Positions 38,489 through 55,756 of a stretch of DNA of 64,000 nucleotides are shown in pieces. Source of the stretch: the human T2T-CHM13v2.0 reference genome, Homo sapiens; NCBI RefSeq assembly GCF_009914755.1, contig NC_060927.1; one strand, 5' to 3'. Made by a program: the position numbers and the translations under genes. Within the stretch, counting starts at the first letter, position 1. Every line of letters begins with the position of its first letter. The notes under the pieces were generated by a model. That model worked only from the letters and a program-made list of their open reading frames with translations, was not told the DNA's origin and searched no databases.

Positions 38489-38824
38489 TGATCTGTCTGC
38501 CTTGGCCTCCCCTACAGGCGTGAGCCGCCGCACCCGGCCAGCATTTTATATATTAACTCAGTTTATCCTCATGATAAGTCTGTGAGGGTTGTACTCCTAG
38601 TGATTGACAGCATGGAATCCAGATCCACACTGTCTCCTTTCAGGTCCTGCCTCTGCCACTTTGTAACCATGTAACCGTGGGCAGATGATTTCCCAGTGCC
38701 TCATCTGTAGAAAGGTGACAGTAAGTAGTGTTTACCACATAGGGTTGCTGAAAACATTAAACGAGTCAGAAGGCATATGTGAACTGCTTAGAACAGGACC
38801 TGGTACACAGCACTGTATTTTTCC

Positions 38825-39160
38825 ACATACACTATATATATGTGTGTATGTCTGTATGTATGCCTTTATTTTTATACATACACTATATGTAGTATGTCTG
38901 TATATATGCCTTTATTTTTATACATACACTGTATGTGTGTATGTATATATGGCTTTATTTTTCTACATACACTACATATATGTGTATGTATGTCTATGGC
39001 TTGGTTATTTTTATACATACACTATATATATGTGTATGTATATATGGCTTTGTTATTTTTATACATACACTACATATATGTGTGTATGTCTATATATGGC
39101 TTGGTTGTTTTTATACATACACTATATATATGTGTGTATGTCTGTATATATGCTTTTGTT
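38825..39160. repeat. ~48-bp degenerate AT-rich palindromic minisatellite, about 7 copies
   Basis: Unit approximates atacatacactatatatatgtgtatgtatatatggcttggttattttt. Confidence 0.8.
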
Positions 39161-41771
39161 ATTTGTTGTTATTTCCATTTTACAGAAATCAGAGGCATAG
39201 AGAAATTAAGTAACTTGCTCGAAGTCATACAAGGTAGTTAAGTGGTGGTGCCAGGATTTCAGTCTGATTCTAGAGCCTCAAGTTGTTTTACACCTAGATT
39301 TCTTACGTTTCTAGGTTTTCTGTTTTCTTTTTTGTATGTGTTTTGTTTGATGATTAGTACGTTCAAGTGAAGAAAACTGAGGGGTAGTTCTCTTGGAGGT
39401 AGCAATGAAGTGCTGTGGAGAGCTGAAACAGCTTGATATCTTTCTTTCCCCCAGGAACATACAGCAGTCCCTCTATTGCCTTTCTTTTGGTGAGAATTTT
39501 ACAGAAATGGGATGAAGAGATCATCCCATTTCTATCCTAGACATCATCTATCCTAGGCAGTTACTATGCTTTGTGAATGTTTAATCTTACCAGGTTTGCA
39601 GAGGTTTTTTTGTTTTAAATCATGGCTTTGCCAGGTGTATATGAATTTCACATAGAGTACCAAGTTTACCAATAGCTGGCCTCATGGTTCAATTCCTTAA
39701 TTTGAAAATCGGTGTTACGGTGATACTTATTTCATAGGATTGTTGTGAATTAAGTGAATACATGTCAGAACTGTTGGTACTAACATTGCTGGTGCCTGTG
39801 CTGTAGTACTTACCACCACCACTGCTGCTACTGCTGCTATTACTATTACCATGTATATTCCTCTAGTGCTATGGAAGAAACTTAAAATAGCTCATTGTAA
39901 GGAATTTTTTTTTTTTTTTAATTCTGATACCTGTGTATCTATTCATTGGGCAGGAGAAAGCCGTTTTCTTTTTTTAGATTGAAAGAATCCTCTCGGCCAT
40001 GGTAGCTCATTTGACTTATTTGAAGATATAGGTAGTAAAATGTTGAAATGTGAAATGTAATTTTATATTTAATATGCTCTGCTACTTCTGATTTTTAGTT
40101 ATATTTAGACTTTATATGCTGTATTTTATTTTATTTATTTATTTATTTTGAGACGGAGTCTTGCTCTGTCGCCCAGGCTGGAGTGCAGTGGCACGATCTC
40201 GGCTTCCCAGGTTCACAACATTCTCCTGCCTCAGCCTCCCAAGTAGCTGGGACTACAGGCGCCCACCGCCACACCCGGCTAATTTTTTGTATTTTTTAGT
40301 AGACACAGGGTTTCACCATATTAGCCAGGATGGTCTCGATCTCCTGACCTCATGATCCGCCCACTTCGGCCTCCCAAAGTGCTGGGATTACAGGCGTGAG
40401 CTACCGCACCCGGCCTATATGCTATATTTTAAGATGAACTTTGTTAGTCAGAATTGTACTTTGCCTCTTTTTTTTAATGCTCCCCAGACAAAATTCATTT
40501 TTTTGGTTTACTCTCAAGGCTTGAGATTTTAGACTTTTGATGAAGAGTAAGTAGCACTTTGTGAAAGGAAAGTGGTGTCTCATAAATAGTGTCTTCCTTG
40601 GTATTCCCTTTATGCTTGTTGAGATACATGTTTATATATCTGATGTTGACCTTTTAATTTTTTACAAAAGTTTTTGAGTGCCCTTAACTTTGATGAACTT
40701 TTTCGTAGTTGGACATTAATTTCAAGAAGACAACTAAATATTTTGGGGAGATTTGAGATATTTTGTGTGAATATTTGAGTGTAATTAAGAGTCTTAAAGA
40801 TTAGAGATTGGTTAGGTAGAACAGTAATATATTACAAAGGACCTTCAAGTTATATTTCCTTCTCTGACTTCTGGAAAGACTAATTATAGTGACAAAAAAA
40901 TTGAGTTTAATTAGTTTCATAGAGTTTTATTAAGAATTTGTTGACTGTATGCAATTTCTTTGTTTTATTTGCTTTCTCAATTATGAAATAATACTGGAAT
41001 TAGGACTATGGAGGAAATGTTTGTGGGTTTTTTTTTTTCTTTCTTTTTTTTTTTTTTTGAAAGACAGTCTTGCTCTGTTGCCTAGGCTGGAGTGCAGTGG
41101 CGTGATTGTGGCTCACTGCAGCCTTGACCACTTGAGCTCAAGGAATTCTCCCACCTCAGCCTCCTGGGTAGCTGGGACCACGGGCACGCACCACCATGCC
41201 TGGCTAATTTTTAAAAATTATTTGTGGAGATGAGGTTTTGCTGTGTTGCCCAGGTTGGTCTCGAACTCTTGGGCTGAAGCATTCTCCCATCTCACCTCTA
41301 AAAGTGCTGAGGTTACAGGCATGTGCCCAGCTGGATATTTCTTAAATGAGTATTTTTGGCTTCTAGTAACCTCTTTTAACAGATATAAATGGGAATCTGG
41401 AGTACATTTAGTTTTCTGGTCTTCACCTTGTTCTGTTGTGTATTTTTGTTTGTGAATTACCTTGGGGCAGTTTGGAAGTATGTTTGGAAGTAATGAGGCT
41501 TAGATCAGTGTAGAAAGAAAAATAAGGTAACTTGAAGTACTTTGCTAGAGGTGAGTCATTAGTATTTTTTGTACTATACCTTTATTATGGCACTTGTTTA
41601 ATTTTGTATTTGCTATTTGCATGTCTGTTTCCATCAGTACTTTTAAACTTATTTAGAAAAGGGACCATATTTTACTTTTGTTTCAGTTACAGCACAACCT
41701 GACACATATATTTGTTGCATGTAGTATATGCTCAGTAAATATTTGCTGAATTTCAACATTTAGTATTTTAG

Positions 41772-42179
<408 letters not shown>

Positions 42180-42180
42180 T

Positions 42181-42550
42181 AAAAAATGGAGCCTTCTGTG
42201 ATTATGGGAAGTAAGTAGGAAAATGGAGGCTTCTGTGTTTTTGGGAAGTAAGTAGGAAAATGGAGGCTTCTGCGATTATGGGAAGTAGGTAGGAAAATGG
42301 AGGCTTCTGTGATTATGGGAAGTAGGTAGGAAAATGGAGGCTTCTGTGATTATGGGAAGTAGGTAGGAAAATGGAGGCTTCTGTGATTATGGGAAGTAGG
42401 TAGGAAAATGGAGGCTTCTGTGATTATGGGAAGTAGGTAGGAAATTGGAGGCTTCTGTGATTACGGGAAGTAGGTAGGAAATTAGAGGCTTCTGTGATTA
42501 TGGGAAGTAAGTAGGAAATTGGAGGCTTCTGTGATTATGGGAAGTAAGTA
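42181..42550 (+). repeat. 37-bp minisatellite, 10 copies
   Basis: Unit ggaaaatggaggcttctgtgattatgggaagtaggta; units start at 42181, 42218, 42255 ... 42514. Confidence 0.95.
42186..42210 (+). CDS. FYTTD1: Alternative start exon CDS (MEPSVIMG-N) in first unit of 37-bp VNTR
   Basis: aaaATGGAGCCTTCTGTGATTATGGGAA|gtaagt: 25 nt, phase 1, joining exon 2 in frame (MEPSVIMGNDIIKLN). Matches my recollection of a shorter annotated isoform N-terminus. The 5' boundary of the exon is not determined. Confidence 0.7.
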
Positions 42551-42801
42551 GGAATAACTTGTAAACAGGCTTCTGCTTGATTCATCAGGTAAAGAAATAC
42601 TATGGCCAATAGCACTCTTCATTAATTGGTAGATCTGCTTTGGGCTATTGTAAAATGGCTGATTCTTGTTATTATCCTCTTATGGAAGTGCTTTCAAAGT
42701 AGAAAAGAAGTTAGGAACGTAGGACATCTATCAGCTAGAAAACGAAACTGAGTAATTGAGTTAAGTTAAAATGAAAATAATTGGCATTTCCTCTATCATA
42801 G

Positions 42802-42933
42802 ATGATATCATCAAGTTGAATCGAAAGGAAGGGAAGAAGCAGAATTTTCCAAGACTAAATAGAAGACTCCTCCAGCAAAGTGGTGCCCAGCAATTCAGGA
42901 TGAGAGTGCGATGGGGAATCCAACAGAATTCTG
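42802..42933 (+). CDS. FYTTD1: UIF coding exon 2
   Basis: atag|ATGATATC...TCTG|gtaagt, 132 nt: (D)DIIKLNRKEGKKQNFPRLNRRLLQQSGAQQFRMRVRWGIQQNS. Confidence 0.96.
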
Positions 42934-44252
42934 GTAAGTTTTGAAAGTAAGCTTTAATGGAAAGCTGTTATTTGTGTGTTCATAGTGTACTGTCTTTAGC
43001 ATATGCTTAACGTGGAGGAATGCGTCAGTACTCTTTGTGTTTTGTGTTTCCTCTATGCCTAGGTTTTTGTTTAGATCTAAAACCTGGTAAAAATTTCAGT
43101 AGCCTTCAATAGACGTAACACTGTCTCTTAAACGTTGTAAGTCATTTAAAAGTAACTTCAGTTTATACACAGTCTAAATTATATTCAGAGTTTAGAATTG
43201 CAAAGGATCTTATATATCATGAGCTCCTATCTTCATCCAAGTGAGATGTTCCTTTAACAGTCTGTCTAATGGATGACTAACTCCAGCTTAAATATATTCA
43301 GTGAAAGAGCATACTACCTCACAAGCATGAGCCACTGTGCCTGGCCTCTTAATTTGGATTAAAGCATGCCTATCACTTCGGTAAAGTTATAGAAAGCAAA
43401 TTCTCTTTTGTATATGAGAACTCTTTAAGTATGTGGAGACTACTGTTACATTCTGCATAGAAAATGACCTCCAGACTCCTTATCTTATCATCCAAGAACT
43501 TTAGGATTTGTTAAATCTTCCAAAGTTGACACTCAGAAATGAATGCTTTAGATATAATGTGGAACTCTACACATTTAGTTATTTTTGATAATCTGGAAGC
43601 TTATTTATAACCATCTTGATTGAAGGCAGTAATTGAACACTAATATATATGGCTTGTTAACTTCTTTATCAGCAATATCAGAATTTTAGAATAAATATTT
43701 GTTGAAATAAAAGAACTAAATCTTTTTCAGATATGTAAAAATATGTTTGACAAACTAACTTCCAAATTGATTTTTATTCTATATGTTGAAAAACATAAAA
43801 ATAATCTCCAGTAGGTTGAACATAATTAGTTCTGTGTTTACAGCTAATATCCCATTATATCCTCAAAATATGTATAACTGAAGCTGAGCACAGTGGCTTA
43901 TGCCTGTAATCCCAGAACTTTGGGAGGATCAGTTGAATCCAGGAATCTGAGACCAGCTTGGGCAACACAGGGAGACCCTGTCTCCACAAAAAATTTAAAA
44001 ATTAGCCAGGCGTGGTGGTACCTCTTTCTGGTCCCAGCCACTCAGGAGTTTGAGGTGGGAAGATGGCTTGAGCCTGGGAGATCAAGACCACAGTGAGCCA
44101 TGATGGCACCACAGCACTCCAGCATGAGACTCTGTCTCAAGAAAAGTACATATAACTGAGATTGGGCCCTTAAAAAAAATTATTCATCTCTAATAATTTT
44201 TTGAATAGTTGAACCTAAGGGAGTAAATTTCATGACAGGTATTTAACTGTAG

Positions 44253-44591
<339 letters not shown>

Positions 44592-45361
44592 TAAATATTT
44601 CTTATAAATGTTATTGAACATACTATATATTTTTGTATTATTTGTTTTTAAAATAACTGTTGAGAGTTCATAGAACCAGAAATATATTTATTAATTAATG
44701 TTTATCAAATATTTAACATGAATATATTTCAGTGTTAAATACTTGATAGATACCCTAAACTGATTGGGTCCTAGGGGGTACATAAAGATGTGGTCTTCTA
44801 CTTCAAGGAATTAATTTCCGGTGTTAGAGATAAGATGGAAAAGGTAGTGTGGGAGAAATGTTGTAAGAGAAATTCAAATAGTATTATAGGACTTTAGAGA
44901 TTTTGTACTAAGAAGATCAGGAGTGATTTAATGGATAAGGTGAAATATGATCTGGTCCATGAAGTGTCAGAAAAGCTTTCCTTTTATGGATGTTATGATC
45001 TGAGCCTTGAAATAAATGATATCTAGGGGCAGCTTAGGATCTCCTAAGATTGAGCTTGCCCTTGTATGTTTATTGCTTACATGTGACACGGGCTAAAATA
45101 GAACAGCTGCCACTGTTACTGAATGTACAGAGATAGAGGATTGTCTTAAACTCTGATTGGCTAGGAAAAAGTTCAGATTTCCACGTTGTAATGTCAATGA
45201 GGATGTTAGCTTGAGGTAAGAGAAATAAGTAGGACAGAGGAGCTCTTTGCAGATCCGCGGTATGATTTCTGATGGCTGAACAAGTCAATGAATGAAATCT
45301 TTAACTTCGTGTGTGAAAAATAATTTAGGCACTCAGTAAATACTTGGAGAAACAACCCAAA

Positions 45362-48019
45362 TGTTCTTCAGTGGTAGAGCGTATAGAGTTGTTCTTCAGT
45401 GGTAGAATGTATAGAGTTGTTCTTCAGTGGTAGAAAGTATAGAGTTGTTCTTCAGTGGTAGAAAGTATAGAGTTGTTCTTCAGTGGTAGAATGTATAGAG
45501 TGTTCTTCAGTGGTAGAATGTATAGAGTTGTTCCTCAGTGGTAGAATGTATAGAGTTGTTCCTCAGTGGTAGAATGTATAGAGTGTTCTTCAGTGGTAGA
45601 ATGTATAGAATTGTTCTTCAGTGGTAGAAAGTATAGAGTTGTTCTTCAGTGGTAGAACATATAGAGTGTTCTTCAGTGGTAGAATGTATAGAATTGTTCT
45701 TCAGTGGTAGAATGTATACAGTTGTTCCTCAGTGGTAGAATGTATAGAGTGTTCTTCAGTGGTAGAACGTATAGAGTTGTTCTTCAGTGGTAGAATGTAT
45801 GGAGTTGTTCTTCAGTGGTAGAATGTATAGAGTGTTCTTCAGTGGTAGAATGTGTGGAGTTGTTCCTCAGTGGTAGAATGTATGGAGTTGTTCCTCAGTG
45901 GTAGAACGTATGGAGTTGTTCCTCAGTGGTAGAACGTATAGAGTGTTCTTCAGTGGTAGAGCGTATAGAGTTGTTCTTCAGTGGTAGAACGTATAGAGTT
46001 GTTCTTCAGTGGTAGAACGTATAGAGTTGTTCTTCAGTGGTAGAACGTATAGAGTTGTTCCTCAGTGGTAGAACGTATAGAGTTGTTCCTCAGTGGTAGA
46101 ACGTATAGCGTGTTCTTCAGTGGTAGAACATATAGAGTTGTTCTTCAGTGGTAGAATGTATAGAGTGTTCTTCAGTGGTAGAACGTATAGAGTTGTTCTT
46201 CAGTGGTAGAACGTATAGAGTGTTCTTCAGTGGTAGAACGAATAGGGTGTTCTTCAGTGGTAGAATGTATAGGGTGTTCCTCAGTGGTAGAATGTATAGA
46301 GTGTTCTTCAGTGGTAGAATGTATAGAGTTGTTCCTCAGTGGTCGAATGTATGGAGTTCTTCAGTGGTAGAACATACGGAGTTGTTCTTCAGTGGTAGAA
46401 TGTATGGAGTTGTTCTTCCGTGGTAGAACGTATAGAGTTGTTCTTCAGTGGTAGAACGTATAGAATGTTCCTCAGTGGTAGAACGTATAGAATGTTCCTC
46501 AGTGGTAGAACTTATAGAGTGTTCCTCTGTGGTAGAACGTATTGAGTTGTTCCTCAGTGGTAGAACATATCGAGTTGTTCCTCAGTGGTAGAACGTATAG
46601 AATTGTTCTTCAGTGGTAGAACGTATAGAGTGTTCTTCAGTGGTAGAAGGTACAGAGTTGTTCTTTAGCGGTAGAATGTATGGAGTGTTCTTCAGTGGTA
46701 GAATGTATAGAGTTGTTTTTCAGTGGTAGAATGTATAGAGTGTTCTTCAGTGGTAGAATGTATAGAGTTATTCTTCAGTGGTAGAATGTATAGAGTTGTT
46801 CTTCAGGGGTAGAATGTATGAGTTCTTCAGGGGTCTTCAGGGGTAGAATGTATAGAGTTCTTCAGGGGTAGAATGTATAGAGTTGTTCTTCAGGGGTAGA
46901 ATGTATAGAGTTGTTCTTCAGGGGTAGAATTTATAGAGTGTTTTTCAATGGTAGAATATATAGGGTTGTTCTTCTGTGGTAGAATGTATAGAGTTGTTCC
47001 TCAGTGGTAGAATGTATACAGTTGTTCTTCAGTGGTAGAACATATAGAGTTGTTCTTCAGTGGTATAATGTATGGAGTTGTTCTTCAGTGGTAGAATGTA
47101 TAGAGTGTTCTTCAGTGGTAGAATGTGTGGAGTTGTTCCTCAGTGGTAGAATGTATGGAGTTGTTCCTCAGTGGTAGAATGTATAGATTTGTTCCTCAGT
47201 GGCAGAATGTGTAGAGTGTTCTTCAGTGGTAGAATGTATAGAATTGTTCTTCAGTGGTAGAATGTATAGAGTTGTTCCTCAGTGGTAGAACTTATGGAGT
47301 GTTCTTCAGTGGTAGAATGTATAGAGTGTTCTTCAGTGGTAGAATGTATAGAATTGTTCTTCAGTGGTAGAATGTATAGAGTTGTTCCTCAGTGGTAGAA
47401 TGTATAGACTTGTTCTTCAGTGGTAGAATGTATAGAGTTGTTCCTCAGTGGTAGAATGTATAGAGTTGTTCTTCAGTGGTAGACTGTATAGAGTGTTCTT
47501 CAGTGGTAGAATGTATAGAGTTGTTCTTCAATAGTAGGATGTATAGAGTTGTTTCTCAGTGGTAGAATGTATAGAGTGTTCTTCAGTGGTAGAATGTATA
47601 TACTTGTTCTTCAGTGGTAGAATGTATAGAGTTGTTCTTCAATAGTAGAATGTATAGAGTTGTTCCTCAGTGGTGGAATGTATAGAGTTGTTCCTCAGTG
47701 ATAGAGTGTATAGCATGTTCTTCAGTGGTAGAATGTATAGAATTGTTCTTCAGTGGTAGAATGTATAGAATTGTTCTTCAGTGGTAGAATGTATAGAGTT
47801 GTTCCTCAGTGGTAGAACGTATAGAGTGTTCTTCAGTGGTAGAATGTATAGAGTGTTCTTCAGTGGTAGAATGTATAGAATTGTTCTTCAGTGGTAGAAT
47901 GTGTAGAGTTGTTCCTCAGTGGTAGAATGTATAGAGTGTTCTTCAGTGGTAGAATGTATAGAATTGTTCTTCAGTGTTAGAATGTATAGAGTTGTTCTTC
48001 AGTGGTGGAATGGTATAGA

Positions 48020-48022
<3 letters not shown>
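45362..48022. repeat. 27/28-bp minisatellite, ~2.66 kb, roughly 95 copies
   Basis: Unit ttgttcttcagtggtagaatgtatagag with interspersed variants; copy number estimated as length divided by period. Confidence 0.97.
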
Positions 48023-50050
<2,028 letters not shown>

Positions 50051-50922
50051 CTAGAGGTAGAAGAGTTGGGAATATTTGTATGTTGCTTTGGAAAGGAGCC
50101 AATAATATGATTACATATACTGTAGAATGTGACATTTCCCAGAAAATCCCTCAAATCTTTATTTAGATGATAAGGCTCCTGAAATTATTGGGACATATGA
50201 TGTATGTGGAAAGAAATTCATGAATAGATTAGTCTTGGGATTCAAGAGAAAGATGAAAATGTCTTTCTCTAGTTTCAGCTGTTGTCAACCTTAGTTGCAC
50301 CTGCGGAGCTTTGTGAACTAGACGCTCTGGCGGTACTTTATTTCTACTGAACCAGGACCTGTAGAGGTAGGGCTTGGAGGATTTTTTTTAAGCTCCATGG
50401 ATGATTCTGATACCTAACTGGTTTTAAACTACTGCTCTGGTGGAGCTGAAAATGTAAAAGGGTCTTCATAAAGGGTGGTAGTTGAAGTACATGGAGAATG
50501 TGGGTACTCTGGAACTCTGCAGAGAGGCTCAATGAATGAAAACTAAGAAAAGACTGTTGCATTGGATGAAGTCTTTAGTACCCCTTCATAGTGCTTTTTA
50601 GAATGTAAGACAGTTACAGAGCATAAGAGGGAAGGGGAGATAATTGGGGCAGTATGTATACATTTTTCTTACTTTATGTAATGTGACAATGAAAGGGTAA
50701 AGAATATAATCATTGCTAAAACAGATACAGCTAATGAAGTTTGTTCAAAGGTAGAAAGGTGGGAGAACGAATCATATAGGCCTGATTAGAAAGCAGAGGA
50801 GGAGGCGGGGCCAAGTGGCTCACGCCAGTAATCCCAGCACTTTGGGAGGCCGAGGTGGGCAGATTACGAGGTCAGGAGTTCAAGACCAGCCTGGCCAACA
50901 TAGTGAAACCCCATCTCTACTA

Positions 50923-51045
<123 letters not shown>

Positions 51046-52183
51046 CTACACTCCAGCCCGGGTGACAGAGCGAGAGTCCGTCCCAAAAAAAAAAAAAAAG
51101 CAGAGGAGGCAACACCTTGGATAAGAGAAAAAAAAAACAGCAGAAAGATTGATAAGTATGGGACCAATGTACTGTACTATCAATAGAAATAGAAAGCGCC
51201 AAGGGATGGAGTTCTATTCCATACTTTTTTTTTTTGGGGGGGGAGGATGGAGTCTTGCCCTGTCACCCAGGCTGGAGTGTGGTAGTGCGATCTTGGCTCG
51301 TTGCAACCTCCGCCTCCCAGGTCAAGCGATTCTCATGCCTCAGCCTCCCCAGTAGCTGGGATTACAGGTGTGCACCACCACGCCTGGTGGCTAATTTTTA
51401 TATTTTTAGTAGAGACGAGGTTTCACCATGTTGGTCAGGCTGGTCTCGAACTCCTGACCTCAAATGATCCACCCGCCTCAGCCTCACTAAATGTTGGAAT
51501 TACAGGCGTGAGCCACGGTACCCAACCTTATTTCATACTTAAGATCTTGTTTTAATCCATTTGATTCCTATTTATGAGAGTTTCTTGTCAGTCTTTCTCA
51601 TCTAGTCCTGAAATTTTGGTATAATAATGGGTTCGTCCTCCTTTTAATCGTTTCTTTTTTGCCCTACAAACTCACTTATTCTTTTGGAATATTTTCCAGT
51701 TTCTTCCTTTCTCAAGGAAGATTGTTAGCATCAGTCTTATCAGATTATCATACAAATTATAGTACTCAGCACAGTGCCTAGCACAGTGAAGGGTAGCTGT
51801 TACATTATTTAACACAAATAGCAAGTCATTGTATATTGGAATTAATTTTAATGTACAGTTTTTCCCAATATGGTTTAATCTTCATCTAGTTGCAATTTTA
51901 GAAGGAAACCACACATAGGGCAGCAATAATTTGATTTAAAAACTAAAGACTTTAAGCCAGCCGTGGTGGCTCACGCCTGTAACCCCAGCACTTTGGGAAG
52001 TTGAGGCAGGCAGATCACCTGAGGTCAGGAGTTTGAGACCAGCCTGGCCAACATGGTGAAACCCTGTCTGTACTAAAAATACAAAAATAGTCCGGGCGCA
52101 GTGGCTCACACCTGTAATCCAAGCACTCTCGGAGGCTGAGGCGGGCGGATCACAAGGTCAGGAGATCAAGACTATCCTGGCTA

Positions 52184-52567
<384 letters not shown>

Positions 52568-52801
52568 TTAACCTAGCATTTCACCTTCTAGAAACTCACA
52601 TCTTCAGAAAATAATCATGGATGTGTTTAAAAATATATCTGTGGTTCTATTGTGATATTATTTATAATTAGAACTAACTGAAATGATTAGTATAAAGTTG
52701 GTTTGGATCAAGTATGGCATATTAAAAAGTAATGCGATAAAAGGATGTCAAAAACATGGGATAATATTTTTGCAATATAGGTGTGTGTTGTGTTTGAGAC
52801 T

Positions 52802-52802
<1 letters not shown>

Positions 52803-52848
<46 letters not shown>
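52803..52848. repeat. (GT)23 microsatellite at an Alu tail
   Basis: Uninterrupted GT run directly preceding antisense Alu ttgagacagggtct. Confidence 0.92.
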
Positions 52849-52851
<3 letters not shown>

Positions 52852-54828
52852 AGACAGGGTCTTGCTCTGTCACCCCAGCCTGGAGTACAGTGTGATCTTG
52901 GCTCACTGTAACCTCTGCTTCCCAGGCTCAAATGATCCTCCTGCCTCAGCCTCCCTATTATCTGGGACTACAGGTACGCGCCACTGCACCCGGCTAATTT
53001 TTGTATTTTTTCTAGAGATGGGGTGTCGCCATGTTGCCCAGGCTGGTCTCGAACTCCTGGGCTCAAGCAATCCATCCTTCTCAGTCTCCCAAAGTGCTGG
53101 GATTATAGGCATCAGCCACCATGCCCAGCCTGCAGTACAGGATTAGTGTAGGGCTACAAAATAGTATGTAGAGTTGTGTAGTTGCCGAAAGATTGACTCA
53201 GTTCACCTTCTACTATAAAATTGAGGCACTACTATAAAATTGAGAATTACTACAGATGATAGTCTTGAGTTGCTTAAAAATAGTTAAAACCAAAAATGTT
53301 AACTTTTAAAATATATGTATACAAGTAAAAGAAAGACTAGAAAGACAGAATGTCAGTGGTCATCTCTAGGTGGTAGGCTGATGGGTGATGTTTATTTTCT
53401 TATTTGTACTTTATGTGTTTCTAGGAATTCTGCAGTGAACATGTCTATTTTTTAATTTACCACCTTTTTTTTTTTAACGGGCAGCCCCTGAACCAGAATA
53501 GGTTCAGAGACACTCCCAATTTATTTTTTATTTATTTACTTTTTTTGAGACGGAGTCTCGCTCTTCGCCCAGGCTGAAGTGCAGTGGCACGATCTCGGCT
53601 CACTGCAAGCTCCGCCTCCCAGTTCACGCCATTCTCCTGCCTCAGCCTCCCGAGTAGCTGGGACTACAGGCACCCGCCACCACGCCTGGCTAATTTTTTG
53701 TATTTTTAGTACAGATGGGGTTTCACTGTGTTTGCCAGGATGGTCTCGATCTCCTGACCTTGTGATCCACCTGCCTCGGCCTTCCAGAGTGCTGGGATTA
53801 CAGGTGTGAGCCACTGCACCTGGCTGCTATTTTTTTTTTTTTTTAACTAGAAAAAAGTATTTACTTATTTATTTATATATTTATTTATTTTTTAATCTAT
53901 TTATTTTTTGGAGACAGGGTCTCACTCTGTTGCAGCCTAGAACTCCTGGGCTCAAGCAATCCTCTCACCCCAGCCTCCTGAGTAGCTGGGACTACAGGCA
54001 TGTGCTACTATGCCCAACTAATTTTTAGAGGCGAGGCCTCACTATGTTGCCCAGGCTGGTCTTAAACTCCTGAGCTCAAGGGATCTTCTTCCCTCGGCCT
54101 CCCAAGTGCCGGGATTACAGGCGTGAGCCACTGTGCCCAGCCTTAAAAAAGTATTTAAATAGGTAAGATATGTAATGGAAAACCAAAGTTGGTAATGTCA
54201 CATGCCACAGATTAAAATGTGTCTATTGGCACTCACTGGCAACTTTAGCAAAAGCAATTTGAATGGAGTAGGGTTGAAAATGAAGCCAGATTGCAGTGTG
54301 CTGTCATAAGTAAATTGGAGATGAGATAGTGATTCCACTCTAGATCAGCACTGTTCAATAAAGATTGAGCACATATGAATATATTTTACTTAGCCCAATA
54401 TCTTTAAAATATTTCACTATATAATTTATATAAAATCATCAGTGAAATATTTTACCTTGAAATACCTCGATTCAGACTAGTGCTTAACTTCAAGTACTCA
54501 GTAGCCACATATGGTTAGTATCTACCATAATGCACAGGTAAAGACTCGACAGACTGTCCTGTTTGTTGAGAAACTAATGACAAAAGAGTATGGCCAGAGG
54601 CAACATGTGAGAATCCTCTAGTTATTTAGAGTCCAGTATAGCCACAGAACCCTTCCCAATGCAGCAGATTGCCTTTTTAAAATGAAGTATTTTATGTAAT
54701 TTAAAAAACATAAATAATAACATAATAAATGTTCATAAGTTCCCCCTTCCTTGGGAAATAGAATATCCTGTGACCGTCCCAATTGAATTGTTAAATTGAC
54801 ATTTTCTTCTGTTTTTGCCCTCCTATAG

Positions 54829-54977
54829 GTTTTGGTAAGACTAGTCTGAATCATAGAGGAAGAGTAATGCCTGGAAAGAGACGTCCTAATGGAGTTATCA
54901 CTGGCCTTGCAGCTAGGAAAACGACTGGAATTCGAAAAGGAATTAGTCCTATGAATCGTCCACCTCTAAGTGACAAG
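54829..54977 (+). CDS. FYTTD1: UIF coding exon 3
   Basis: tatag|GTTTTGG...GACAAG|gtagga, 149 nt: (G)FGKTSLNHRGRVMPGKRRPNGVITGLAARKTTGIRKGISPMNRPPLSDK. Confidence 0.95.
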
Positions 54978-55207
54978 GTAGGATGATGGCTTAATCCTGG
55001 ATTAGATATCCTTTTCCTTTATTTGTACTAACATTTCTGTGAATAAGCTTAAGAGAGAATTTTATTTGTTTTTATGTAGTACTTTGGGACTGATATAAAA
55101 AAATTTAATATCTAAATAAAAATCATTGCCATTCATAAAGAATACCTAAATTTCCACATTCTCAAATATAAGTAAGTTGTTTGTTTGTTTTTGTTTTTTA
55201 TATATAG

Positions 55208-55756
<549 letters not shown>

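Noticed and set aside
38685-39241. Tyr/Ile/Cys-rich ORFs in three frames
   Set aside because: Low-complexity TA/TG minisatellite translation.
54829-54840. Donor-like G|gtaaga 6 nt inside FYTTD1 exon 3
   Set aside because: It would make a 6-nt exon and shift the frame downstream; sterically unlikely and no supporting evidence.
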